From: Eledone cirrhosa
Lineage: Eukaryota
NCBI GenBank assembly: GCA_964016885.1
Contig: OZ024740.1
Location: 369,520,001-369,584,000, forward strand
DNA: 64,000 nt
Direction of reading: 5' to 3'
In this document: positions 14,853 to 27,465 of the stretch, one piece after another
How positions within the stretch are numbered: the first letter of the stretch is position 1
Layout: every line of letters begins with the position of its first letter
Notes under the pieces: generated by a model
The model's database searches: none
Told to the model about the DNA's origin: nothing
Seen by the model: only the letters and a program-made list of their open reading frames with translations
Made by a program: the position numbers and the translations under genes

Positions 14853-15285
14853 ACTTTCCTCAAGCTATATGGACAAACACTGGTTACGTCCTCCCACAAC
14901 GCACCCACCCATGTAGGTCCCCTACACCCCATACCAATGACCAATAGACAACAACAACCACCCAAAGTTTGTGGTCCCTATGGTGGATGGTCCACCGGAA
15001 CCTCTACTGTTTAGGAGTAATCAAAACCACGTTTTATTGAACTCGATTTTATATATATATGTATATGTATATCATGTGTATATATATATATATTTTATAT
15101 GTGTATATATGTGTATTTTATATATATGTATGTATATATATGTATATATTTTATATATACATGTATATGTATGTGTATTTTATATATATGTATGTATGTT
15201 TTATGTGTGTATATATTTTATGTATGTGTGTATTTTATGTATATATATATATTTTATATATATGTATGTTCTGTGTATATATATG

Positions 15286-15329
<44 letters not shown>

Positions 15330-15977
15330 TCTTCTGCGTACATACATACATATATAGGTATATACAAACCTGTATGGATTTGTGTGTGTCGATGTCTCAG
15401 TGTCTGAGGGGGTAGATGTCAGTGTATATACAATTCAACCAGCATAAACCTTTTATTTCTAAATTTTCTAAACTATCTAAGTATTGGACTCTAACCATTA
15501 TTTTAAGTATTACCACCCCACATTTTGTATGTGTGGATGTGTGTGTGTGTGTATGTGGAGTTGGGTGTGAGAGTACGTGCAAGCCAACCTACATAAGTCT
15601 TTTTATTTGTAAATGTTCTACTCTAACCATAAATTTTCAGTAGCACCACTCCATATAAATTCCTCAATTTAAGAATGACCTCTAGTATCTATTTCATACT
15701 ATTAACCTTAATTGAATATATATCCTACCAGGAATGCTTTTTGTGAAAATCTGTCATATAGAACTATTGTCATCTTGCCTGACGGTTTGAACTTTACAAC
15801 ACCACCTGCCTATTTGAGGTCAAATACCAACCCTACTACCATCTACAAACTGACCAATGAGAATCAAGACTATTCCTGCTGACAACATTAAATTATTCCT
15901 AACAAGCTCATATGTTCCAAGGCTCTGATACCATGAACACTATAAACACAGAGCTGGCATATGGTAAGAACTGAGTA

Positions 15978-16037
15978 ACTACCTGATGAGTGAGGTCATA
16001 GCCATTCAATGGCTATCATCGAAATATATATAGCAGT
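15978..16037 (+). ncRNA. Hammerhead ribozyme in 3' pLTR
   Basis: Same motif with a 4-nt duplication (CTGATGAGTGAG). Confidence 0.7.
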
Positions 16038-16169
16038 AAATAAAGGATTATGAGTTCGTGCAATTGACTTATGTTTCGTCAGTATTATAAGTCCGGAACT
16101 TATATCTTCGTTGACTGCTCCCTATCCGCATACCGGAATACTGGATGTTACCAAACACTTACTGTCTTG

Positions 16170-16219
<50 letters not shown>

Positions 16220-16347
16220 ACTATCTTACACTACTACCCCTTATTTCATTTCCTAAGGTCATTTCAACTTTGTATTTTGAAAATTCGGATGTCACAGTAT
16301 CTTTCTTGATTGCCTATTATGACATAGTGTAGCAATAATTGATTGAA

Positions 16348-16370
16348 ATTCTGATGAAACAATTGTTAAT
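16348..16370 (+). ncRNA. Ultra-minimal hammerhead-like motif lacking stem II (second copy 19394-19416)
   Basis: att-CTGAT(GA)AA-caattg-TT-aat. The CTGATGA and GAAA boxes overlap, and the motif is identical in both pLTRs. Confidence 0.55.
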
Positions 16371-16595
16371 ACGTGGATTAAATCCTTTTGTAACTGTTTA
16401 CCTTCATCCTATTTCTCTTTTTTTATTACACTCCTAGTTTGTTCGTGTTTCCACCAGAGAATCCCTACCAACCTGTCGAGTCACCTTAGCGTATGTTGAT
16501 AACTTTCCTCACAACTTGTTCTACCAAGCTTTGGAATATTCCTCATTACTGAATTTATGCTCCTATCTGGTTGAGCCACCACTTCAACTTACGCC

Positions 16596-18938
16596 TTGGA
16601 CATGGAAAAACATTACATCGGTATGTCCCTAAAGAATATACCTTTACCCAAAAGGAAGGATTACACTCTTGGAATGATCCAGCGCACCAACGATTTCATA
16701 CGCCGCGTCAGATGGAAAACATTCCACTTCGACAAAGGACGTAATGATTATGCCGCTAACTCTGGAAAGAATACATATGGGTTCAACTCCTGTAAAAACC
16801 CACCCACTAACCCTCTACTGGACGCCTTTGAACAGGACTTACTTAAGATGGTCATGAATACTAAATATAAGAAGTTCAAAACCAATAAGCTTCATAAAGA
16901 CATGGATACTTTTCTTAACAAGCTGCGCACTACTAACGGGATTATTGTCAACGCGGATGAAACATATAGCGTGTACACAATGGACATTAATACCTACCAC
17001 GATCTTATACGGAAGGAATTACATAAAAAATATGAGAAAACTAATAACCAAGCACTACTTAACATCAACAAACAAGCGCCCCATATCGTCAAAAGTCTAG
17101 AACTTGAAGATAGAACTGAGCCCATGACAACTTGTACCCCCACCTTTAATCTTAAGGACCACAAATTAGATTTCATAGATAAACCCACAATTAGATTAAT
17201 ATGCCCATCTAAGTCAGACATAGGTAAAATTAGCAAGCATATTTTAGATAGAATAATAATACAATTAAGGAATAAACTAGTTATTAAACTTTGGGACAAT
17301 ACTAGCGACACAATTAAATGGTTTAATAGTATAGATAACAAAAATACCTCTAACTTTATACAATTCGACATTAATGACTATTACTCCTCCATATCACCCG
17401 ATACTCTAAACAAGGCACTAGCATTTGCGAAAGCCAACTCTGACTTAACCGACGACGAAATAAACATTATCCTAGCAGCTAGAAAGACGATAATTAAATT
17501 TGAAAATAACTTTTGGGTACGTAAGGATAGAATAGGTAACTTTGACATAACTATGGGTGCTAATGACTCAGCACAAGTTACGCATATTGTTGGTATTTAC
17601 ATAGCCGACACCTTACATAAAAAATTTAGTTACCTTCAAGGCGGAATATGTAGAGATGACGCTCTCCTATTAGTTAAAAACATGAATAAACAAAACATAG
17701 AGCGAACCCGTAAGAGCATTAGAAGAACCCTAGATAGCATTGGCCTTAAAATCACCTACGAATATAGTACCAAACTAGTTAACTTCCTAGATGCCACCTT
17801 CAACCTCAACACCCAAATTATCACACCCTTTCACAAAAACAATGAGAACCTCACCTACATCCACACTAGCTCTAACCACCCACTATCTATTATAAGGTCC
17901 GTGCCACATAGTATATCACTTAGAATATCCCGCCTCTCATCTAACCAACAAATATTTGATCAACACGCTGAATATTACAACACTGCATTAGAACGGGCTG
18001 GCCACACCGACAAACTAGAATACATAGATCGACACAACCATAAAACACATAACCATAGACACGCCAAACGCCCCACAAACACCCGTGCACATGCACCTAG
18101 ACCCCCTAATACTAACCACACCACAAATACAACAGCAACATCAAAGCAAAACAGAACACGGAGTAGATCTTACAATTGGTATAATCCTATTTTTAACTCT
18201 TCTATTAGCTCTAGCTTACCTTCCACATTCTACAAAATTATAAGAAAACACTTTCCAAATTCACATAAATATAGTAGTGTACTCAATACCAAAACAATTA
18301 GACTATCTTATTCCACTGCACCAAACCTAGACGCACACATTAAGATGCTCAACGCCAAAAAACTCCCTAACAACAACACCCCAATCACTCAACACAATAA
18401 TACACCTAATACACAACCACCCACTAACAAACAGTATGCACTAAACACACTCACACACACATCCCAGTCCACCTATAACTCCACCACTGCCCCTAACAGA
18501 AATTGTAATTGCCACCTTCCAGAGACTTGTCCATTGAATAACGAATGTTTGCATTGAAGCCTAGTGTACAGGTGCTCGGTTGAGTCGGACAACCAAACCT
18601 GGCACTACATAGGCAGCACTGCAAACACCTTCAAAACTCGTTGGTACACGCATCGTTACGCAATAAAGCACCTCCAACACCGTTACGAAACGACCCTCGC
18701 CGACAAAATTTGGCACTTAAAAGGGAGTAACCGACAACACACCCTTAAATGGACCAAACTCTCACATGCTCCTCCATTCCGGAGTGGGATGAAAACGTGC
18801 CCCTTGTGTAATAATGAGCTCTTCCATATCCTAAGCTCAGGCCACCAACTACTCAACAACAAAATTGAAAGGTCAATCTTTTGCCAGCATAAACTGAAAG
18901 CGAAATTCTCACACTTCAAACCTTCAACTAAATCTTAA
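16596..18938 (+). pseudogene. PLE RT + GIY-YIG ORF (about 780 codons) with one in-frame TGA and YRDD changed to CRDD
   Basis: ORFs 16596-18557 and 18564-18938 are in frame. Motifs FIQFDINDYYSSI, TMGANDSA, GICRDD, VNFLD, HTSSNHP, VYRC..HYIGST..FKTRW. Confidence 0.93.
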
Positions 18939-20110
18939 CACTACTTTTCTACCCTAAATAAAAATTCTACACTCCTAAAAATAGACTATATATGAAATTT
19001 AATACGTTCTTCCTTCATCTATTCTCTGGTAAAAATGTTTGCCTGTCCACTACCAACTGCGACTTAAAATTCTATCTTCCTTATCTCTCCATCTACTCAT
19101 CACAACTTTTAGCACACAATCCCCCTCCCCCTCCCTTCTTGTAACTTAACTATATTCTATACAAATCCTCTCACATCACCCTATCTCTTTTTCTTTCTCT
19201 CCCTACCTCCGTCCCTTTTCTCTCTCTCTCTCTCCCTCTCTTTTGCCCCTCTCTCTCTCTGTTCCTCTATCTTACACTACTACCCCTTATTTCAATTCCT
19301 AAGGTCATTTCAACTGTGTATTTTGAAAATTCGGATGTCACAGTATCTTTCTTGATTGCCTATTATGACATAGTGTAGCAATAATGGATTGAAATTCTGA
19401 TGAAACAATTGTTAATACGTGGATTAAATCATTTTGTAACTTTTTACCTTCGTCCTATTTCTCTTTTTTGATTACACTCCTCGTTTATTCGTGTTTCCAC
19501 CACAGAATCCCTACCAACCTGTCGAGTCACCTTAACGTATGTTGATAACTTTCCTCACAACTTGTTCTACCAAGCTTTGGAATATTCCTAATTACTGAAT
19601 ATATATATATATACGGGATAACAGGTCATCGTTATGGCAGTCCACTTGGATGTAGTCCAGTTGGAGTAGTTCGTGTAGTGGATAGTATTAACGTGTGACT
19701 TAGTCTGGCTCAACAAGACGTTCACATAGTGATATTGCGATTTCGCGGTGATTGCTATGTAGTTTATACTTGTAATAATATTAATTCACGAAAGAAGAGT
19801 GACAATTGTCAGGAATGTAAATAAAGCCCTTATTGTATAGCGAACCATGTCACTCTTTTTTCTTGAATTATTATATATATATATATATACAGGATAACAG
19901 ATTATTGTTGTAGGTAGACCACCTAGGTGTAGTTCAGTTAGGGTACTCCGAGTAGTGGATGATATCAACGCTTGGCTAATTTTGACTCAACAATGCGTTT
20001 CCATAGTGATGCTGCGAGTACGCGGTGATTTTTATATTGTTAACACTTGGAGTAATGATAAATCAGGAAAGAAGAATGGCACGGTTTGCTATACAAAAAA
20101 GGTTTTTAAT

Positions 20111-20229
20111 CTCATTGCTGACAATTGTTTCTCTGAACTGGTAGGTCTAGAGATTGCTACCCGCCTGTTTTCGCGTCATTCGATCACCAATACATAGTTG
20201 TAACCAGTCAATTCATCAGAGCTTGCGAG
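20111..20229 (-). ncRNA. Type I hammerhead ribozyme with large stem II loop
   Basis: gct-CTGATGA-attgactggt(about 60 nt)accagttcaga-GAAA-caattg-TC-agc. Confidence 0.75.
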
Positions 20230-20559
20230 AATGAAGGGAATACACAGGCATGGCTTCAATAACAACAATACTAAAAATGCTAGCAATAAATTATTTGAAA
20301 TAATCACAACATCAATCTAAGTCAGAAATATAGTATATCCACGACTTTAGCGTGTAGAACGAGCTGACATGAGGCAGATGTATGAAATTGACATGTAAAA
20401 GCTGTCATGGGGTGTATTATATATAGTGTAGAGATAGGCCAGTGGCTTTAAACAATATACCATTTCCTTTACCGTAGGTCTGGTGACCGTAAGAATTATT
20501 TATTATCTGACAGATAAAATATTTATCATTGTAGTGAGGATAGTAATATTTGTGGTGTG

Positions 20560-21762
20560 AAGTGGATTCAAAACCCTCCAAACAACCCCACGCTCGATGC
20601 CTTCGAGCTGGACCTTATGAATATGATAAGTGGAACTAAATTTTAAAAAAAGAACACACCACAACAAATTACAAAATGACATCAATATACTACTAAAAAG
20701 ACTAAAAGACACTAACGGTATCATAGTAAAGGCAGACAAAAAATCAAACGTATATTCTATGGACCTTATCACATAAAATAATTTTCTTCAGCATCAACTA
20801 CACAAAAAATCAAAAAAACAAATGAATCCGCACTTACCAGCATTAACGTGGAGGGCCTTAGGATAGTAAATAAACTCGGAATACCCGATAGGACCGAGCC
20901 TCTAATCCCATGCAACCCCACATTTAACCTGAAGGATCACAAAAATAATTTTGAAACAAACCCTACTATCAGATTAATATGCCCATCTAAGTCAGATCTA
21001 GATAAAATTAGCAAGAATATTCTAGATAGGGTAATCGCACAAATAAAGGGAAAACTAGAAAACAATGTATGGGGTACACTAACGAGGCGATTGAATGGTT
21101 CAATAAAATAAGAAATAGAGGGACATGTAACTTTATACAATTCGATATAAACGACTACTATGCATCCATATCCCCAGCCACCCTAGATAAAGCGCTTATA
21201 TTTACCCAAAATAACTCCGATCTTACCTCTGAGGAAATTGAAATAACAATAGCGGCTAGAAGGACTATCATAACATTTGAAAATAGCTACTGGGTAAGAA
21301 AATATAGGATAAACAGCTTCGATATCACAATGGGATCAAATGACTGCGCAAATCACTGACGTCGTTGGGCTTTTTATATCACACAACCTACATAAGGAAT
21401 TCAGTAACCTCCAAGGAGGGATTTATAGAGATGACACGCTCCGTATAGCTAGTAACTTAAACAACCAGAGCATGGAAAGATTAAGAAAAAACATTAGAAC
21501 ATTCTTCAAAAAACTAGGCCTAAGTATTACCTACGAACTGAACCATAAAAAGGTAAACTTTCTAGATGTGACTCTAAATCTAAATACGGGATTAATAGAA
21601 CCCTTCCACAAAAATAATGAGAATCTGGCCTACATTAGTTATAACTCAAACCACCCCAGATCCATAATCAGATCCATAGCACGTACTATATCCCTTAGAA
21701 TATCCCGCTTATCCTCAAACCTAGAAATGTTTAATGAACATGCTAACTATTATAACGCACTA
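20560..21762 (+). pseudogene. PLE RT fragment, frameshifted, no endonuclease
   Basis: PTIRLICPSKSD, FIQFDINDYY, GGIYRDD, VNFLDVTL, SNHP. Confidence 0.9.
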
Positions 21763-22008
21763 TATATAATACACCCCATGACAGCTTTTACATGTCAATT
21801 TGTTACATATGCCTCATGTCAGCTCGTTTTACACGCTAAAGTCGTAGATATACTATATTTCTTACTTAGATTGATGTTGTGATTATTTCAAATAATGTAT
21901 TGCTAGCATTGTTAGTATTGTTGTTATTGTTCTGATTGAATGCCATTACTGTGTACTCCCTTCATTCTCGCAAGCTCTGTAGAATTGACTGGTTACAACT
22001 ATGTATTG

Positions 22009-22064
<56 letters not shown>

Positions 22065-22241
22065 CATTGTACATTTTAACCATTCTGCTCTGAGGATACA
22101 GTGGTCACAGCATTGGATATTTGAGTTCTGAAAATAGGTGTAAATTTGCACATAGCATAACTAGGCTGTAGCACCACCGTGGAAACATTTGTGAGCACAC
22201 GGAATAAATTACCTTTTTATGTCTACCTGTTATTATTCATT

Positions 22242-22301
<60 letters not shown>

Positions 22302-23511
22302 GCATAGGGTGATGCAGCGTGGGCATAGGTATATGTAGAATTCCGACCGCGGCGCTAAGCGGTTTAAGCTTGTGAATGTTCAGTTAGCCTTTTCAATGAT
22401 GTAGTTATATTACTACACCCTCAAAAGGCAAGCTTACGGAGGAGGGCGATTTAGGACACCCTGCAGGACAAAAAATAAAACATGACAAAGGGCGGAAGAA
22501 CTCATAAGTGTCGACGGCCATCGGAAAGCTTGTAAATATGTATATACACATGTACCGCGCGGTTAAACCACTGGGAGTGAAGGACCCCTTGCCTTTGTCA
22601 AGGCATTCTTCGAGGAGAAGGCAACTCAGGTAACTGGGATAACCCCGATATAAAACCTGCGGCTCAGTATTTACCGATGATGTTGCTCTTTTCTTGTTTT
22701 CGGATTATAGCTACTGTCGCTCAGATAGTGAGATTGGCTCAGTGCACAGTCTTTCCTCACTTTAAACATATCTTGACGCACAGGCAATGCACGATAGAAT
22801 TAATCAATAATTATTAATAATGGTATATCGTGCAATGGTCATACTCGATAACGAGGGGCAGCTATCATCATGTATGTATATATGTATCTATCTATCTATC
22901 TTTCTATCTCTATATATATATATTATGGGAAGGGAGGGAGGGGATAGAGCATTAGTAACAACAATATAATCGGTCAGAATACCACAAGCGTTTGAATACT
23001 AAATTCAATGTTATCAAATGTCTTGTAATGGCGTATATGAACGAACATATCAGTCAGTTGGCTTTTTCACCGATTGAAATATATCCCAGCACACCAATTT
23101 TGATTTAGTATTTTATGTTTCATGAGAACGATAAAGTATATGCCACAGGAAATAATGGATTAATTGGCTCGAATAAATTTCCTAAGCCATAATTCCTAGT
23201 GTGAATGCAACGTAATAAATTAATTGGTACAAGCTAAATACAGTGATTTGTACAGGAGCATTCATTACATTAATTCTAATGTCAAGTAACCTTGGATTAA
23301 GAAAACGTATCATCAATGTATTTTCATCCGTATGCATACTGTCGTTGGTAAATTTCACACGTAAAAATGTTTTGAATGTTATTTGGATTCTATTTTTACG
23401 AAATCCATCTCATTAGTTAAGTAAGGCATGGTTCTTGAAGTAAGTAAAACCATCTCTATAGAATATGGTTCACGTACTCATCAATATGAGCATTATATAT
23501 ATAATATAGGG

Positions 23512-23701
23512 CGGTGGATTGGCAGTATCGGTAGAGGGTCGGACGCCATGCTTTCCAGCATAGATAGTTACGTCCCTTTACAATCTGAGTTCAAATCCCG
23601 CCGAGGTTGACATTGCTTTTCATCGTTACGGGGTCGATAAAATAAAGTAGCAGTAATGCACTGGGTAATTGCTGGGCTTGTGCCTAAAGTAGAAACAATT
23701 A
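23512..23701 (+). mobile_element. tRNA-derived SINE (family A)
   Basis: Full copy with a TSD-like ATTATATATATAAT on both sides. Confidence 0.9.
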
Positions 23702-26067
23702 TATATATAATTGTGATGTATATAAGTGTTATATCACAGATAAAATAATATTTTGCCCGACCAAGAATTATACACTGAAGAGAAAGCCACGAAATCAATG
23801 GGCAATTGAACATCATCAGCTTTTTCATTTTCATGGTATGTAATTCCACTGAAATAATTGCAATGCGGCGAAAAGATCAATATACTTACGCTATCATGAT
23901 GGTAAAACTGTCAGTCAAAAGGCTGAAACCTTGTCCTCATGGTCATAAATTTACTTTACTGAACAGAATATATTGAAGGAAAAGATACGATCGAATTAAC
24001 ATTTAGTAAACAAACCTGACATTTGTCAAAGTTTTCTTTTCCAGCCAATGAGTCCGAATAATCGACTGCTTGCCCATGCATATTAAACGTAATTCGAAAA
24101 CAAATTTATGAGTCATGATTCAAGGGCATTTTATGGAATGAAACTCTAGATAAACAATTCGAAATGTACTAATGTCTTACACAGCGAGTGATAGATTCAG
24201 TGTCATTTACAGAGATTGTTTAGTCAATAGGTTCAACCAACATTGTTTGCAGTTCGTATATTCCAATGATCAATGAAAAGCAGTTCTGGAAATCCACAGA
24301 ATTTAAATATATTTTGATTGTTTGAAGATTTTACAAAATTTATTAAATAAAAGTATTAAGCGGACCAATTCATAAGTATTGTCCAAAAAGCTATATTAAA
24401 TCTTTGTTTCAATGTTATTCTAGTGAGTGCAGTTGGTGTTTGCTTTTAACCTGTTGTTATAGTTTGGGAGGGTCATGCTGCCAATAAAACACGTGTATCT
24501 GTTGGTTTCCACTTCAATTAGTTATACCTTTCCTGTTGGTTGGTTTATTATCCGGATTTTCATTTATTTTTTCTCAACGCTCCTTCGTCTCACATTCTGT
24601 GTCCTGAGATTCTAAGTTGCTACTTTGTGTCTCTCCTTTGTTCTATCTTACAGATGATGATGTAGGACAGAACAACGGAGACATTAAATAACAAATTAGT
24701 CAATTTGGAGGTCACTCAATGTGTGAAAAAAGAGCTTTGACAATAAATAAACAGCCACCCGGTTATTACACAACAAATTGGAAATCTGTAATAAAAAAAG
24801 TCAAAGCCAACAGGTACATGTGATTTTATTGGCAGAATGACCCTCCCAAATATAACAATATCTGTTTCAACACACATTTTCAGATAAAAGATCCTGTATA
24901 AAAAAACAAAAAAAAACAATAAAACGTATAATCTTTGCGATTGATTAACTTCAATGTGTAGAAAGGTTAAATTTTAATTAAGAATTTGTTATATTATGAA
25001 AATAAATTTCATTCTTCATGTTTTCCAATGCTGGATACGGTATGTTGATTAAATATTACAGAGCCATTACATTTTTTATAGATTTATATACTTCAAAGAA
25101 TATATTCAGTAACGTATGCACAGACAGAATTATACGTAAATATACGTATAGATTCGTGTGTATAGGTATACATATGTATACTCTCAGAAAGACGCACGCA
25201 GACACAAAGAATCACACTCCACACACATGCGGCAAATGTATCACAATTATGTAGACACAATTGGAATGTAAGCTTAAACATTATATTTGACTTAAGTAAA
25301 ATTGGAAAGATAAATTGATCGAAAGAATATAGTGTTAGGATATAAACATTTATTACTATAGTTCATTAAAAATATTCTGCCACTTTATTTCTTGATGATT
25401 GCATTGATATTTACATTGCCATCGTGGTTCAAATGAACATGATATTTATTTTAATGATACACTGCATCTCGGTAACTTAATATATTTTACGTAAATATGA
25501 TTCAAATTGAGAGTAAGGGAAATCAGAATCGTGATATTCATTTCTTTACAAAGGAAGGTGCAGTGATCATGATACGATTTTCAGAGGCTATTAAAATATA
25601 GCATCCTGTATTGTACATGCAAAATATATACATACGCACACACACATATACACACGAACAAGCACACACACAAACACACACACACACACACATATATATA
25701 CACACACACACATACACATACTTGTAAGTAACGCATTTCTTAATTACACAAGAATGGGCTTTTCAGATTTAGATACATAACTTTTTGTCCTGGAACAACG
25801 TGAAATATAACGTCTTGCTCAAGGAAAATAATGCGGTTCAGAAGTCGAAATCATGAGCTTACGAACCTGGGGCGATGATTTTACCCAATACGCCTCGATA
25901 ATGCACACACTCAAATACAAACAAACACACACCGATACACGCACACACACACACAAACCAAAACCAACTGGCAGTAGACCCAGTGGTAGACTCCGATCAA
26001 GATGGTAGCGTAACACCCATGAGATGGGAAGGAGTCTTTGAGGACTGTGCCTCCTCGATCCTCTCAA

Positions 26068-26150
26068 CAAGAAGAAGAAGAAGAAGAAGAAGAAGAAGAA
26101 GAAGAAGAAGAAGAAGAAGAAGAAGAAGAAGAAGAAGAAGAAGAAGAAGA
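26068..26150. repeat. (GAA)n microsatellite
   Basis: Perfect run. Confidence 0.97.
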
Positions 26151-26270
26151 AACACCCGTTTTTTTCTTGATCACTTCGGCCGGATTTGAAGTGTGAATGT
26201 ATAGGAACGGAACTATATGCCAATCTACCGCCCAATTGGATTCTGATTTGAGCACCCGATCAAGAATTTG

Positions 26271-26425
26271 CATGGAGAGGAATGTTAAGTAAATCGACCC
26301 CCATGGATAGGAATGTTAATTAAATCGACCCCCATGGAGAGGAATGTTAATTAAATCGACTCCCATGGATAGGAATGTTAATTAAATCGACCGCCATGGA
26401 GAGAAATGTTAATTAAATCGACCTC
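26271..26425. repeat. Minisatellite of about 31 bp, 5 copies (CCATGGAGAGGAATGTTAATTAAATCGACCC), at the 3' end of a minus-strand SINE
   Basis: Tandem copies continue directly into the SINE body. Confidence 0.85.
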
Positions 26426-26570
26426 AGTGCGTTATTTGTGCTTTATTTTAATGAAAACCTAAGTACGAAAGGCAAATCTCACCTTGGTGGGATTTCAACT
26501 CGGAACGTAAAGGGATGTAACTATAATCCCAAAAGCATGTCGTCCGATGCTCTACTGATACTGCGAATCG
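26405..26570 (-). mobile_element. Degenerate tRNA-derived SINE
   Basis: GAAAGGCAAA..GGGATTTCAACTC..AAAGCATGTCGTCCGATGCTCTACTGATACTGC resembles the reverse complement of family A. Confidence 0.7.
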
Positions 26571-26730
26571 AATATATATTCAAGGATGTGCAGCATTGGG
26601 CGTTCTGTAAACAATAGTAGAAGGAACCGTATTCTTCAATTCAGATTTCTGTTGTTATTGCTTTCGCTTTTTCTGTCTTCTGCCTTCCTGTATATTCATC
26701 TTATTTTTTCGATTTCTGAGAGAAGTTAAT

Positions 26731-27465
26731 ACGTGTCTTTACTGCGACACATGAGAGAAAATATGACGTGTCTTTACTACGACACACGAGAGAAAATATG
26801 ATGTGTCTTTATCTTTACTGCGACACACAAGAGAAAATATGACGTGTCTTTACTACGACACACTAGAGAAAATATGATGTGTCTTTACTGCGAAACACGA
26901 GTGAAAATATGACGTGTCTTTACTGCGACACACGAGAGAAAATATGACGTGTCTTTACTGCGATACATGAGAGAAAATATGACGTCACTCTTACTGCGAC
27001 ACACTAGAGAAAATATGACGTGTCTTTTACTGCGACACACGAGACAAAATATGACGTGTCTTTACTGCGACACACGAGAGAAAATATGACGTGTCTTTAC
27101 TGCGACACACGAGAGAAAATATGACGTGTCTTTACTGCGATACATGAGAGAAAATATGACGTCTCTCTTACTGCGACACACTAGAGAAAATATGACGTGT
27201 CTTTTACTGCGACACACGAGAGAAAATATGACGTGTCTTTACTGCGACACACGAGAGAAAATATGATGTGTCTTTACTGCGACACACGAGAGAAAATATG
27301 ACGTGTCTTTTACTGCGGCACACTAGAGAAAATATGACGTGTCTTTACTGCGACACACTAGAGAAAATATGACGTGTCTTTACTGCGACACACTAGAGAA
27401 AATATGACGTGTCTTTACTGCGACAGACGGGAGAAAATATGATGTGTCTTTACTGCGACACACGA
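26731..27465. repeat. 35-bp minisatellite, about 21 copies (GACGTGTCTTTACTGCGACACACGAGAGAAAATAT)
   Basis: Head-to-tail copies with few variants and no spacers. Confidence 0.95.

Larger units (their letters stand above)
9461..16172 (+). mobile_element. Full-length degenerate PLE: inverted 3' copy (9461-~11280), direct pLTR (~11280-12230), ORF, 3' pLTR
   Basis: 9461-11280 is the reverse complement of about 14200-16080, and about 11280-12220 repeats about 15220-16170. RT motif GLYRDDAL, GIY-YIG VVYRC..HYIGLT, three HHR copies, (TA)n flanks. Confidence 0.92.
16218..19600 (+). mobile_element. Near-intact PLE with about 335-bp direct pLTRs (~16220-16554 and ~19267-19600), Hydra-clade-like
   Basis: Highly similar direct terminal repeats around a single RT-EN ORF, with (TA)n on both sides. 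The linker motif CxC-x5-C-x5-C (CNCHLPETCPLNNEC) and a C-terminal CxxC match my recollection of Hydra-clade PLEs. Confidence 0.93.
19887..22013 (+). mobile_element. Internally deleted PLE with inverted terminal copy (20182-20423 inverted to 21764-22013)
   Basis: RT fragment similar to the 16596 ORF lies between inverted arms. HHR in the left arm, (TA)n flanks. Confidence 0.85.

Noticed and set aside
18555-18557. In-frame TGA as selenocysteine (as reported for Naiad PLEs) or programmed readthrough
   Set aside because: It is not at a conserved Cys position, I saw no SECIS, and the RT catalytic motif is also mutated. A nonsense mutation is simpler.
22300-22870. GC-richer block resembling a LINE 5' UTR or promoter
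   Set aside because: No ORF or second copy in the window supports a call.
26731-27465. CRISPR-like array of 35-bp hairpin repeats
   Set aside because: There are no unique spacers and no cas genes, and the context is eukaryotic. It is a plain minisatellite.
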